DNA of 64,000 nucleotides from Barthelona sp. PCE (taxonomy: Eukaryota), in contig JAUFOR010000002.1 of assembly GCA_040285745.1 (NCBI GenBank), positions 930,001 through 994,000 on the forward strand. Direction: 5' to 3'. Both the position numbers and the translations under genes were made by a program. The notes below the pieces were generated by a model that saw only the letters and a list, made by a program, of their open reading frames with translations, was not told where the DNA came from and ran no database searches. Numbering within the stretch: the first letter of the stretch is position 1; every line of letters begins with the position of its first letter. Below, in pieces: positions 54,001 to 64,000 of this stretch.

Positions 54001-57000
54001 GCTGCATGACAGAGACCAAATCATTGAGATAGTCTTCAACAGCACCTTCAATAACAAATGGTTCAGCAAAGTCAACTTGCTCACCCTCTCCCGAAATCAT
54101 ACCGAGTGCGGTGTTTGTGAACTTTCCATCAACCTCTTCGAAACGAAGCTTAGCAACGTTCGAAAAGAGCTTAGATAAATGGTTTTGCAGATTAAGAGGA
54201 TCTTTGGCCTTTGACAGAATATCCAAAAGATCCGCAGCAGAGATGAAATAGAAACGCGGGAAGGCCTTTCTCTTCAACTCTAGGTAGTCATCCAATGCCT
54301 TCTGACATCTTGCCAACTCTGACGAAATGAACTCGAGCTCCTCTAACTGACCAGGCTGGTTACAAGCTTCCATAATGATGGGGAACTTGACAGCTATGGT
54401 AAGAACCTTAAGGAACTTCTCATGAATGACATCAAAACGCTCTGAATCATCAGGGAGCTGATTACGAATATCTTCAGAATCTTGGAAAATATTAACAAGA
54501 TACTTCCATGTCTTCTGGACTTCAAGTAGCAACTGCATGACACCATCCACCTTTGATAGCTTCACCTGCCACTCCTTGATGAGATCCAAAAAGTGATGGC
54601 AGTACTTTGAAGCAAGCATATTCTGAATGTTTAGTTGATCAGTTTCAAGCGCTTCGACAAACTCCTCATCCACCATAAGCAAATAACGAGTGTCTGCATC
54701 GAGCTTCTTGTGTTCAACAGCATTGTCGAGCTTGGGAGGCTCCTTGGGATCAAACGGTACAAAGTACCAAGCTAACTTGGTCCAATTCTCCTTCATACTG
54801 CTGAGGTTGCTCTCCATCTGCAGTTCCTTCTTTGAACGAACAACAATCTCTTCAACCTCTTCCGAATATTTACCGAGGTTCAGTGAGAGCATATCACGAA
54901 GTGTGAACTCATCAGAAATGGAGAAGGATACACCTGTGACTTGCACAATCTGCTTCCAATGTCTCTGACGCATGGAATCCTGCTTCAGATCTGAAATAAG
55001 AGGCAGAGATGAAATAAAGGTCTTAATATCGTTGTCAAGTCCAGTATACAGAGAGAATTGACGGCATTCCTTGGGCAGCTTGCGCAACAGCTTCAGGAAC
55101 GACTTAACCTTAAGCTCCATCTCTTCAGTATTAACAGCACGCCAGCTAGTGGAGATCCAGCTGTTAACCTCTGTGTTAATGAGGAAGTTGATATCCCACA
55201 GTTTCTTCAGCGAAGTGAGATCACTTCGAAGAACCTTAACACGCTTGGTGTCGGTGAGGTTGATATCAAAAATATCTTGTTCACGACGAAGCTCACATAA
55301 CTCCTCTTCGAGAACCTTTAACTCACTGCAAAAAGCGTTGAGCTTCTCATAGCACTCGAAAGGATCAGTAATCTTTTCAGAACAAGGATTGTAGTATTCT
55401 ACAGGACCTTCGTTACGGAAAAGAACACGATAGCGCTCAAACGATTCAGCGAAATCAACTTCTCTGTTTTTGATGCGGGTAACCTGTTGAGATTTGTCCT
55501 CTAACAGCATCTCATCAATGAGAGAGCATGAAGACACAAGCGAAGACCACTGAGACTTCATAGAAGTTAAATAGTCCTCACTCAACTCTGACTCACCTGC
55601 ATCAGTATCGAAACGACTCAAAAGAGTAGAAAGAAGACCCAGCGGTGAGAAAATGGCACTTAACGCATCCTTGCGAGTGGAAACCGACTTCAGGAGTTTG
55701 AGCGTATCAACGAGGTTTTCGTAAGTATCCTCACGGAGTTTCTCTTCACGTTCGGATTCAAGCTGAGCAAGCTGAGGTCGACGAATGTCGTCAGGCATCT
55801 CGAGCAATTTCTCCTCACGCTTCTTAAAGTCCTCCTTGGCCTCGTAAATTGACTTAACACGAGAAAATGCATTCTTACCTGTTGAGACAAAGTCCTCAAC
55901 CTCCTTGATTGTGAAGGTGAGTGCATCACTAAGGAACCCAACGATACGGGTCTGATATGAATCAAGAGACTCTAAAACGCTGCTCTTGATCTCTGAAACT
56001 GAAACCTTACCCCATTGGATACCAATGCTCTCCTTCTGCTTTGATACTCGTTGCAGACGAACCTTGAGATCCTTCATGAGCTTCTCAAACTTTTCAATAG
56101 GAGAATTCTCCTTCTCCAATGTTCCGACAAACTCAGGGAAGTTGATGGCCTTGAAGCCCTTCTTCTTCAGCGTCTTGAATTCGACAACATCAAAAGGCAG
56201 GTCATAATCTGTAAGGAAACCATTGACAAAGTCTTCGGCGGGCACAGACCAAAAGAACTGGTATCGCATGAAGCGCTTGCAAAGATCGTTCAACTCCTCA
56301 GTGAACTTCTCAACGTTGTCAAAAACACGGTTGCGAAGAGTGCTGAAGGCTGCTGAAGTTGAGAACAGCTCAGTGTTCATGTCAAAGAATGAAGTCTCTG
56401 AGGTGTTATCAAAAGTTACTGTGCTGACATTCTTAAGAATATCATCAAACAGAGTGAAGTGGCGCTCAAACAAGGAGTGCACACTAATCTTCTCCTTCTC
56501 TGCCTTATCAAGACCAGGGAAGAAGGAAGGCTCAGATGTCTCTGTGTTAAGAGAAAGGAAGATGTGAAGAACGGGTTCTGAAGTTTCGGTAATACTGAGA
56601 AGCTTCAGGTAAGAATTGAGGTTCAGCTTAGCTAAGAAACAGCCGATAGTATCATTCATGTGTTCAAGATACTTGTCAACACTAACGTCACAGTTAGGGT
56701 AACTATGACTCTTATATAGCTCCTGGATGAGCTCACGGTTTTTCTCCATCATGTGCTTGACCGTTTCAAACTCAGCTGTCAACTGAGAAAGATTGCTCTC
56801 CTTGAGCTTATCAAGATATGTGATGATGGAAATTTCAGATGTGAACTTGAGGTGGGTGCTCAGGTGATCTTCAATCTTTGTGAGGTAGTGGCGCTTCGTC
56901 CATGTATCAAGCACTTCGAAGAGCTTATCCTGATTATCGTTGAACTTGGTTAAAAGCTCATACAATTCAGAACATATCTTCTTCAAATCAGAAATGTTCT

Positions 57001-59481
57001 GGCGCGAAGATGTGAGTTGAGGGCTCTCTCCTCCAGTGAGCACACCCCATGTAAGACCTTGCATAGAAGCCTCTAAATTTGAGTGGAGGGATTCAAGCAT
57101 GGGAGAGAATAGCTCCTTGATTGACTCATTCATGTTCTTGTAATAAATTGCATTATACAGCTTCATGATATCCTGCAAATCAATGAGAACAGATCTGATG
57201 GAGCTATGCTGTTCAAAAACAGTGAGTCCTGATGTAGGAACGTCAAATATGTTCTTGACGTAACGGACATCCTTGACCAGGTCAATGAGAGCTGTGTTGA
57301 AGTTCACCTGAAGTAGTTCAACCTTCATAGTGGGTTCATCTGCATCGAAAACCTCAACACCCTTTGATAAGTTAGAAATCTCAGTGGAAACTGCAAACTC
57401 TGGATAGTTGAGTTCAGTGATCTTGCACTCCTTTGGTGCAAAGACCAACAAACGCTCATCACTGTTGCCACTCTTGATGGTTTCAACGTTACTGATCCAC
57501 TTATCAAAGTGCGTTTTCTGAAAGGATGCTATCTGACCATCAAGGCGCTTGATGGAATCAATGACGGCTTGACGGTGTTCAGATTCTGGCAGCTGTTCAA
57601 GGTACTTGTCCAGTTGAGCGCTCTGTTGTTGCACATTTTGACTCCAGGTAAGAGAGTTAGCAACAGAAGGGAGACCAGAGAATGTTGGGGGGTTCATAGA
57701 ATACTTGAGGAAACACGAAGAAAGGTTCGAGACAACACGCTCGAACTGACCAATGATCTTGGATGAAGAATTCTCGTACGCAACCTTTAAAGGTTTAGAC
57801 TCCTTTAAGAATGGAGACATCGAACTGACAACAGAGAAGTAAGACTCAATCGAGGCACAGGATGAAACTGCACGCTCAAAGATTGTTGAGAGGGCGATGT
57901 TTATCTGCTCAAGTGCGCCAGTAAACTCTTTGTAAAGTTCAAGGCTAAACACCTCAGAAGCTTGCCACTTCTCTTTATATGAGTTGAACATCTTTGCGAG
58001 GTCCTGAATCTGGCTGTTGAACTCTTCGCCATGATCTCCACCGATCTCCAGTGTTTGCAAGGAGTCGTATGCTTTTAGTTTGTCAAGGACATCATGAACC
58101 TGACCAAGCTCCTCCATGAGCTGCTCTAAAGGATAGAGGATGGCGGCGGAAATCGTCCAGGGGTCACTAGCCTCTTCAGCTTCTTCACCCTCTGCTGGAG
58201 CTGGAGGGTTAACAAGACGGTCACTGTGATACTGATACTGCTCCAAGAAGAACTTACCCACCTTGAGGCAGTTATCAAGGATCTCCGTTGTTGATGAGGA
58301 GAACACCTGCGCATCCTTGATACGGAGAGAAAGCGTTGTTGTGAGGGATCTGACAATTAAAGTAACGATTCTGTGCAAGCAATCTCTGAACGGGACAGAG
58401 TGTTTCCATGCCAGAAATAGACAATGCCAGAGCGAAAGGATGATTGGAGCCTCAATATCTCCATCAAGACTAGCGACGTAGTCATCAAGAAATGGCTCAA
58501 CAATCTCAAAAATTTGGCTCAAGGACTCGAGATATGCAATCTGTTCCTTCACCTGGGAAAGAACAGTATCGAGGATCTCAACGTATGATGATGAGTTCTC
58601 GTTGAGAATATCAATGAGCTGGGTGATGCAATCACTGTTGATCTGGGTTTCAAGTCTCTTGAAGTCCAGCAATCTCTGCTTGAAGAACTTGATCTCTGCA
58701 AGGGGAGTGCTATTTGGGTCTGACAAGACAGCAACGTCAATATCGACACTTAAAATAGAAATGATAATATTCTGAAACTCACCGACTAATCCCTCAAGGT
58801 AATGTACAATCTCCAGAATTTGAGTCTGGAGGGGCGCTGTTAAATGCTGGTCGCTCTCGATCTTGAGCTTCTTATACTTCTCAAAGATCTCTGTTGAAGG
58901 GAGAGGCAATACTGTTTCACCTTCATAACTGCCTTTAATGACTTTCACATCATTCTTAAAGCGCTGGAAGTGTGAACCAAGATCGTGGACCAATACCTTT
59001 GGCCACTTATCAAAGAGCGGGCTGATTTTATCTTCAGTTTCAAAGACTTCACCAAATAGGTTAGTTGTTGAACTTGCCAACATTCCAAACAGATCTGCAG
59101 AGATGTCCTGAACAAGAATTGAATCACCGATATCCATTTCTGGGACTTCGTCAACATTATCATGTTTAAGGAAGACAACAAGCTTAGCTGATATCTTCTT
59201 GGGGAATGTTTCGTATGTAATTAGGCCATCACGTTTCGTAAGACAAGTAATGAGGTATCTGACGGCTTTAGATTCGAGGAAATTTTTAACATTAACACTA
59301 AAGGTAAGTTTTTAAAAATGTATCCGCGCTTCCACAATGCGGCGGGCGCTTGGTTGTATTCATACGCATAAGCTTGTTCGTTCATCATTCTACGAAACGC
59401 ATCAGGTGTTAATCTTAGCGTTGTCCTCAGTTGTCGCTCAATCCATAGTACGCGAGGATCTACGTTTGCTTGTGGATCCAT
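45080..59481 (-). CDS. Axonemal outer-arm dynein beta-type heavy chain (DNAH9/11/17-like); exons 59481-59366 and 59297-45080, 4777 aa
   Basis: P-loops GPAGTGKT, GPSGSGKT, GGAGTGKT and GVGGSGKQ, plus FITMNPGYAGRTELPENLK and C-terminal WILAGVALLL. Splicing adds 92 aa beginning MDPQANVDPRVLWIE. Confidence 0.95.
59298..59365 (-). other. Spliceosomal intron, 68 nt, phase 2
   Basis: On the minus strand, GTATGA...ACTTACCTTTAG; removal joins the upstream ORF in frame with the dynein ORF (AY-A-VNVKNF). Confidence 0.85.
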
Positions 59482-59694
59482 GTGGTCACAATTAAGCTTG
59501 TGAAAAACGAAAAGAAAGTAAAAAACGTTATACAAACACGAAAGGGGCAACACATATACAACACCATTGCAATGAGCGTTTATACCTCAAATATGAGTAA
59601 CAGTACACATTACAAACCTGTAAAATTATTGAAAGACATGTATCGCTTATTCTTTCCTTTATCGACCGATTTTTAATTCACTTTATTGTGTAAC

Positions 59695-60249
59695 ATGCGT
59701 ACAAACACTGTTGTAGATGCGCGAGAGGGCCGCAGTTCGGGATTGTTTAGCATTATAAATGTTTTACAAGAATTAGAATACAGATTTTATCTGCTCACCG
59801 CAGAGATCACCGAAATCAGGCGGGACCTGCTTGATTGTGAACATTTACGCATGAAATATGAGTCTGATGCATGGAAATCAACCATAAATCAACTGAAAGA
59901 TTTGAAACTTCAGAAGGAGAACGAGCTCAATAGAATCAAGCACCAGGTCGAGTTATTCGGCTTACACATCAATACAGGACATTATCTCATTAAAAAACTT
60001 CGTAAAACAAGCAGTGTGAAAGAAGTTCCAGTAGCTGAACCACCAGTTTTTCAATTTAAATCAAAAATTTTTGGCAACGAGGATAAGCAGCAGATTCCTG
60101 TTGACGTTGGTATGTATCAACATCCTGAAATGCAAGACCGTTCTATCCAACAGTCTACTGAAGATTTGGACAGCGATGATGAAGATTTATTGGGTGAGAT
60201 GAGGACGAAGAGGAACGAGATACTCCAGAAAATTCAAGCGATGAACTAG
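59695..60249 (+). CDS. Hypothetical coiled-coil protein
   Basis: 184-aa ORF with heptad pattern, followed by TGTAAA. Confidence 0.65.
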   Translation: MRTNTVVDAREGRSSGLFSIINVLQELEYRFYLLTAEITEIRRDLLDCEHLRMKYESDAWKSTINQLKDLKLQKENELNRIKHQVELFGLHINTGHYLIKKLRKTSSVKEVPVAEPPVFQFKSKIFGNEDKQQIPVDVGMYQHPEMQDRSIQQSTEDLDSDDEDLLGEMRTKRNEILQKIQAMN

Positions 60250-60411
60250 TGTAATATTAATATTGTAAAGAAAAATAAGTGTTTAAATTATCAATCTTTT
60301 GTGGCATTTTCTTATTATTCTTGATGACATCGCTTTGAAAAATACTCTTTTAATCGTTACAAAATGTAAAATCTTCATTCACCCTTTTCATCATTTTTTG
60401 GGCCGCATGTA

Positions 60412-62190
60412 ATGTCTAGTATCAAGCGATTACAGAAATTAGTGAAGTCGGGGAGCCTTAAGAGTCTTGTACGACCTGAAAGCGGATCTGCAGCCTCAGC
60501 AAGTGTAGATTTCGATTTTATGAACGATGATCAACAGCACATTCGCACATTGGAACGAAAAATTGAAGTTCTTAATGCGGAACTTGGGTCCAGGGCATCA
60601 ACTTTATTGTTACTGGAGCGTAACATTGAGATTCTTTCAAACACAGCCAAAAAGGATCATGATCGAATTAAAGATCTTGAAGAGGAGGCTTTTGTTAAGC
60701 AAAATGAGGTCGCACGCCTGCAAAAGAATGTTAATATTAAAAATGAGAGTGAAAGACAGACGCAACGATTGAAACTTGAAAATACAACATTACATGAGCA
60801 GATTACCAAATTAACAACCCAAATTAATGAGATACAGGATGCCCTAAAGCGTTCTGATCAAAACAAGCTGGTTTTGAGTCAAAACCTTGAAAAAATTCAA
60901 GAAGAATACAAAATTGAAACTGAGAGAAAGGAAACTGCGCAAAAAAAGCTTCAATTATATGAAGAGCAACTGTGTACCATCAACGCTCAAACAGAACAAA
61001 TAGACAGCAGTCTCATTGAACGAAACGAGGAGATTTCAAAGTTAAAAAGTGAAATAGAAATTGCTAGTAATGAAAAAAATACAATGACAAAGGATATCGA
61101 AGAAAAGGACCGTCTGATCGGCTTGCTGCGTTCTGAGTTGGCTGATTGGAAAGGAGAGTTGGATAATCTGGTTGAACAGAAACGTAACGTACAATTTGAA
61201 ATTAGGTCAACCAGAGAACATTGGGAGGACAGATTGGGTAAGCTTACGAATAACTATGAAAGTCAAATCCATGAAATCAATGAGAGAAATGAAAAGATTC
61301 AACAGGTTTACCAAAAAAGAATCGATGATTTGAAAAAAAGCAAAGTATTGTTAGAATCGACTGTTTTCGAAACCACTAATGAACTCAGTAGTTTGAAAAA
61401 GATGTTCAATGACAGTTCTAGCAATTGTATAGAGTTAGAAAAGAAAGTGTCCATAAAAGCTGAACAAATTAGTCTGTTAACACGCTCATTGAATTCTGTG
61501 GAGAAGGAACGTGATGAATTGAAATCCAGGCTTAACACGTTGGCATCGGCAGAGCATGATGTTACACAAAGATTGGAACATCATGAGGCTATGATATCCC
61601 AGGCTGTTGAGAGCGCTACTCTAGGCTTCAAACAAGAAGTGCAGTACCTGCAACAGGAAAACACAAGTTTGGCTGGTAAGCTCATGCACTTAGACGAAGA
61701 GACAGCTGAGGAGCTAAGAAATTCCAAAAATGAAATATTCAACATTCAGGCGGAGTTGCAAAAGGCGCATCGGCAGATCAACCAGCTCAAGATTGTCATC
61801 GAGGAGACTAAGAGCGGTGATTACGCTATTCTGCTACGTGGAGCCAAGACAACAATGGAATCCAATGCTTCAAGTCTGATTAGGGCTTTAGAATCATTGA
61901 AGACGGAACTGACGTGTCCAAAGTGTTTCAATCTTTGTGTCAACCCAATAACAGTTATTCCATGTGGGCACACCTACTGTGGAACGTGTTGGAATCACTT
62001 GGAGGATGATTCCAAATCTTCTGGCAAGAACCCATGTCTTCAATGTCACGATGTGCCACGTGAAGCGATTATTGGAACTTTCATTAACGATCTGTTCAGT
62101 TCAATCATCGCAAAAACAAAGCACATGAGTGATATCACAACACGCATTCACAGTGCTATGAACTCTCTTAAACTCCCTGTTCTTGAGTAA
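60412..62190 (+). CDS. Long coiled-coil protein with C-terminal C3HC4 RING finger
   Basis: About 450 aa of heptads, then LTCPKC...PCGHTYCGTC...CLQC. Confidence 0.85.
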   Translation: MSSIKRLQKLVKSGSLKSLVRPESGSAASASVDFDFMNDDQQHIRTLERKIEVLNAELGSRASTLLLLERNIEILSNTAKKDHDRIKDLEEEAFVKQNEVARLQKNVNIKNESERQTQRLKLENTTLHEQITKLTTQINEIQDALKRSDQNKLVLSQNLEKIQEEYKIETERKETAQKKLQLYEEQLCTINAQTEQIDSSLIERNEEISKLKSEIEIASNEKNTMTKDIEEKDRLIGLLRSELADWKGELDNLVEQKRNVQFEIRSTREHWEDRLGKLTNNYESQIHEINERNEKIQQVYQKRIDDLKKSKVLLESTVFETTNELSSLKKMFNDSSSNCIELEKKVSIKAEQISLLTRSLNSVEKERDELKSRLNTLASAEHDVTQRLEHHEAMISQAVESATLGFKQEVQYLQQENTSLAGKLMHLDEETAEELRNSKNEIFNIQAELQKAHRQINQLKIVIEETKSGDYAILLRGAKTTMESNASSLIRALESLKTELTCPKCFNLCVNPITVIPCGHTYCGTCWNHLEDDSKSSGKNPCLQCHDVPREAIIGTFINDLFSSIIAKTKHMSDITTRIHSAMNSLKLPVLE

Positions 62191-62213
62191 AAATTAGAAA
62201 ACTATTTTATTTA

Positions 62214-63218
62214 TTAGTAAACACGGTTCTTCTTACGAGACTCCTTTCTTAACTTCTTATCGCGAAGTTTCTTCTGCTCAGCAGGTGTCAACTTGGCACG
62301 AGCCTTACGCTCCTCCTTTAAACGCTGAAGCTTCCTTTCCTCTGTTGCTTCCTGACTGCGCTGGTTCTGACGGGTAGCGATAGCCTTCTTGATTGCATCG
62401 CGGATACGCTTTGAACGCTTGGCATCCTCTGTCTCGAGCTTAGCAGCAAACAATGTGTCAATAATATTCATAACAATATCGTAATTGGCTTCAATGTCAA
62501 AGTCTTCCTGACAAAAGTTAGAAAATTGAACATCGAGCTTGACAGTATCGTTATCAATGGCATAAAATACAAAGTAGTCAACGTTTTTCAATTGATCAAC
62601 AGTCTTTTTCATTACCTGACCGAACTCAGGACAATCACACAACCAAACCATGGGCTGATATGAACCTCCAACAAGATTCTCCAACTGGGCGTGGTCCTCG
62701 TAAAGGCTCTTCATGAAACGACGCTTGGAGAAAACAAATGCAACCTTTGCAGGTGCACGATGGAATGTGAATACCGAACGCATGGTGTCTTTACGAGTAG
62801 AAATCATGTTGTACGCAGTGCTGACGAGGTCAGGTGAGGATCTGAACTTGATGGAAGTGGTAGCTGTATCAACGTGAGTGTTACCAGTTGCGTGGCAGTA
62901 AAAACTATCACTTGTATCAAGGAATATCTTACGCTCATTGGCTTTTTTAACTTCAGTCTCGATTTCCTCATCGTCCTCCAACTTGTTCAATTCAGGTAAG
63001 GTGTTTTCAACGGAAAAAAACGTGAACTTCTTTCTGAAAATGCTGGAGAGAATGTGTGCCACTTTGAGTGACTTATCGATGTTTCTCTTACGATTCACAA
63101 AGTAATAAATGATATAGATAATTAGAATGGGTAGAAATATAATTTCCCAACTATCAATAGCCTCAACTATCCTTCCCAGTGTTGTGTCGGGGTCGAATGC
63201 AAACAGTTCTGTCAACAT
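62214..63218 (-). CDS. CCDC47: CCDC47/PAT complex subunit (DUF1682)
   Basis: N-terminal TM helix followed by RKRN, FYCHATG, PDLVS and a basic coiled-coil tail LTPAEQKKLRDKKLRK. Confidence 0.75.
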   Translation of the reverse strand: MLTELFAFDPDTTLGRIVEAIDSWEIIFLPILIIYIIYYFVNRKRNIDKSLKVAHILSSIFRKKFTFFSVENTLPELNKLEDDEEIETEVKKANERKIFLDTSDSFYCHATGNTHVDTATTSIKFRSSPDLVSTAYNMISTRKDTMRSVFTFHRAPAKVAFVFSKRRFMKSLYEDHAQLENLVGGSYQPMVWLCDCPEFGQVMKKTVDQLKNVDYFVFYAIDNDTVKLDVQFSNFCQEDFDIEANYDIVMNIIDTLFAAKLETEDAKRSKRIRDAIKKAIATRQNQRSQEATEERKLQRLKEERKARAKLTPAEQKKLRDKKLRKESRKKNRVY

Positions 63219-63282
63219 TATTATGAATTGACTTTATGGAAAGACGGCAAAAACTTCTTTACAAGTGAACCTGCAGTTTTTT

Positions 63283-64000
63283 TTATTGATCAGTCTGTGA
63301 TAATTCCTCCTCCTTTGCTTCATTTATCTCCGTCTTTAGCCTCTCAACTGAATCAGAATGTGAGATATGCATGATGCACTTTTTTTCAACATCAATCATA
63401 ACATATAAAACACAGTTTGTTGTTGAGCGGAGCCCTTGAAGGTCCTCTGCGCTAAAATTGTCCATCTCTGTAAAGACCACTTGCTTCATGCCACTCTTCT
63501 TCCCGAACCTCTCATCTAAAAGATCGGAGACGCGCTGCATGCGCTCTGTCTCTGTCTCAATGATCTCGTATTGTGGTTGACCGCCGGAGTTGTGTTCAAA
63601 TCTGCTCACAAATCTCTTTGAACCAACCCAAAAGTTTTTCTTAAAAATGCGTTTCAAAAACTTAAGATCCTTGGTCGTTTTCTGTGACTTGAACACCTTG
63701 CGCAACACAAGAGCTACGGCTAGAGCGTCTTCAATGGGACAGTGACCGTTGTCAAGATCCACAAAAGGCACGTTCTCACCGATGCTCATAAACTCGCTCT
63801 CTTCAACAGTCTTCAACAACGCAGGGTACTTGGTGCAGCCCTGGACACTGCGCTTGACATACTTCTTGGACATGCCCTTCAGAGAATGGACGCTCCTCGT
63901 TACTGACCAAATAGTCCCGTTGATCATCTCGGTCACGTCCAATATGAATCCGTGACTCATGTTGAGAGACAGTAAGTCATTGAAAACAGAGTGTCCACAG
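63283..64000 (-). CDS. Hypothetical protein, probably 5'-partial
   Basis: The frame of the 225-aa ORF stays open to the window edge upstream of the ATG at 63960. Confidence 0.7.
   Translation of the reverse strand, partial: CGHSVFNDLLSLNMSHGFILDVTEMINGTIWSVTRSVHSLKGMSKKYVKRSVQGCTKYPALLKTVEESEFMSIGENVPFVDLDNGHCPIEDALAVALVLRKVFKSQKTTKDLKFLKRIFKKNFWVGSKRFVSRFEHNSGGQPQYEIIETETERMQRVSDLLDERFGKKSGMKQVVFTEMDNFSAEDLQGLRSTTNCVLYVMIDVEKKCIMHISHSDSVERLKTEINEAKEEELSQTDQ

Noticed and set aside
45145-59181. Many short antisense and alternative-frame ORFs within the dynein gene
   Set aside because: Expected shadow ORFs from codon bias; no independent motifs.

Overview
This is a very compact, gene-dense eukaryotic nuclear window with about 31 protein genes, the standard genetic code (TAA, TAG and TGA all used as stops) and only two spliceosomal introns that I can support. 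Axonemal dynein heavy and intermediate chains and DPCD indicate a flagellated protist. GTATG 5' splice sites, branch points close to the 3' AG, and a Giardia-like (A/T)GTAAA motif at gene ends suggest a metamonad-like lineage, but that is inference only. Housekeeping genes include TRM9, divergent APC1, APC11, VPS2, VPS39, RPL24, FPPS, RRP8, SLY1, RPA1, a formin, an E2 enzyme, Misato and CCDC47. The most notable items are: (1) an unannotated ~210-nt structured RNA candidate at 16323-16531; (2) a long-range stem that collapses the VPS2 intron; (3) a recurrent non-AATAAA 3'-end motif; (4) prokaryote-like genes (metallophosphoesterase, threonine synthase, a UBA-fused ResIII-type helicase); (5) a 2927-aa orphan surface protein; and (6) a formin whose FH1 has no polyproline run. 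All protein calls come from motif recognition by eye, and all RNA folds were paired by hand.
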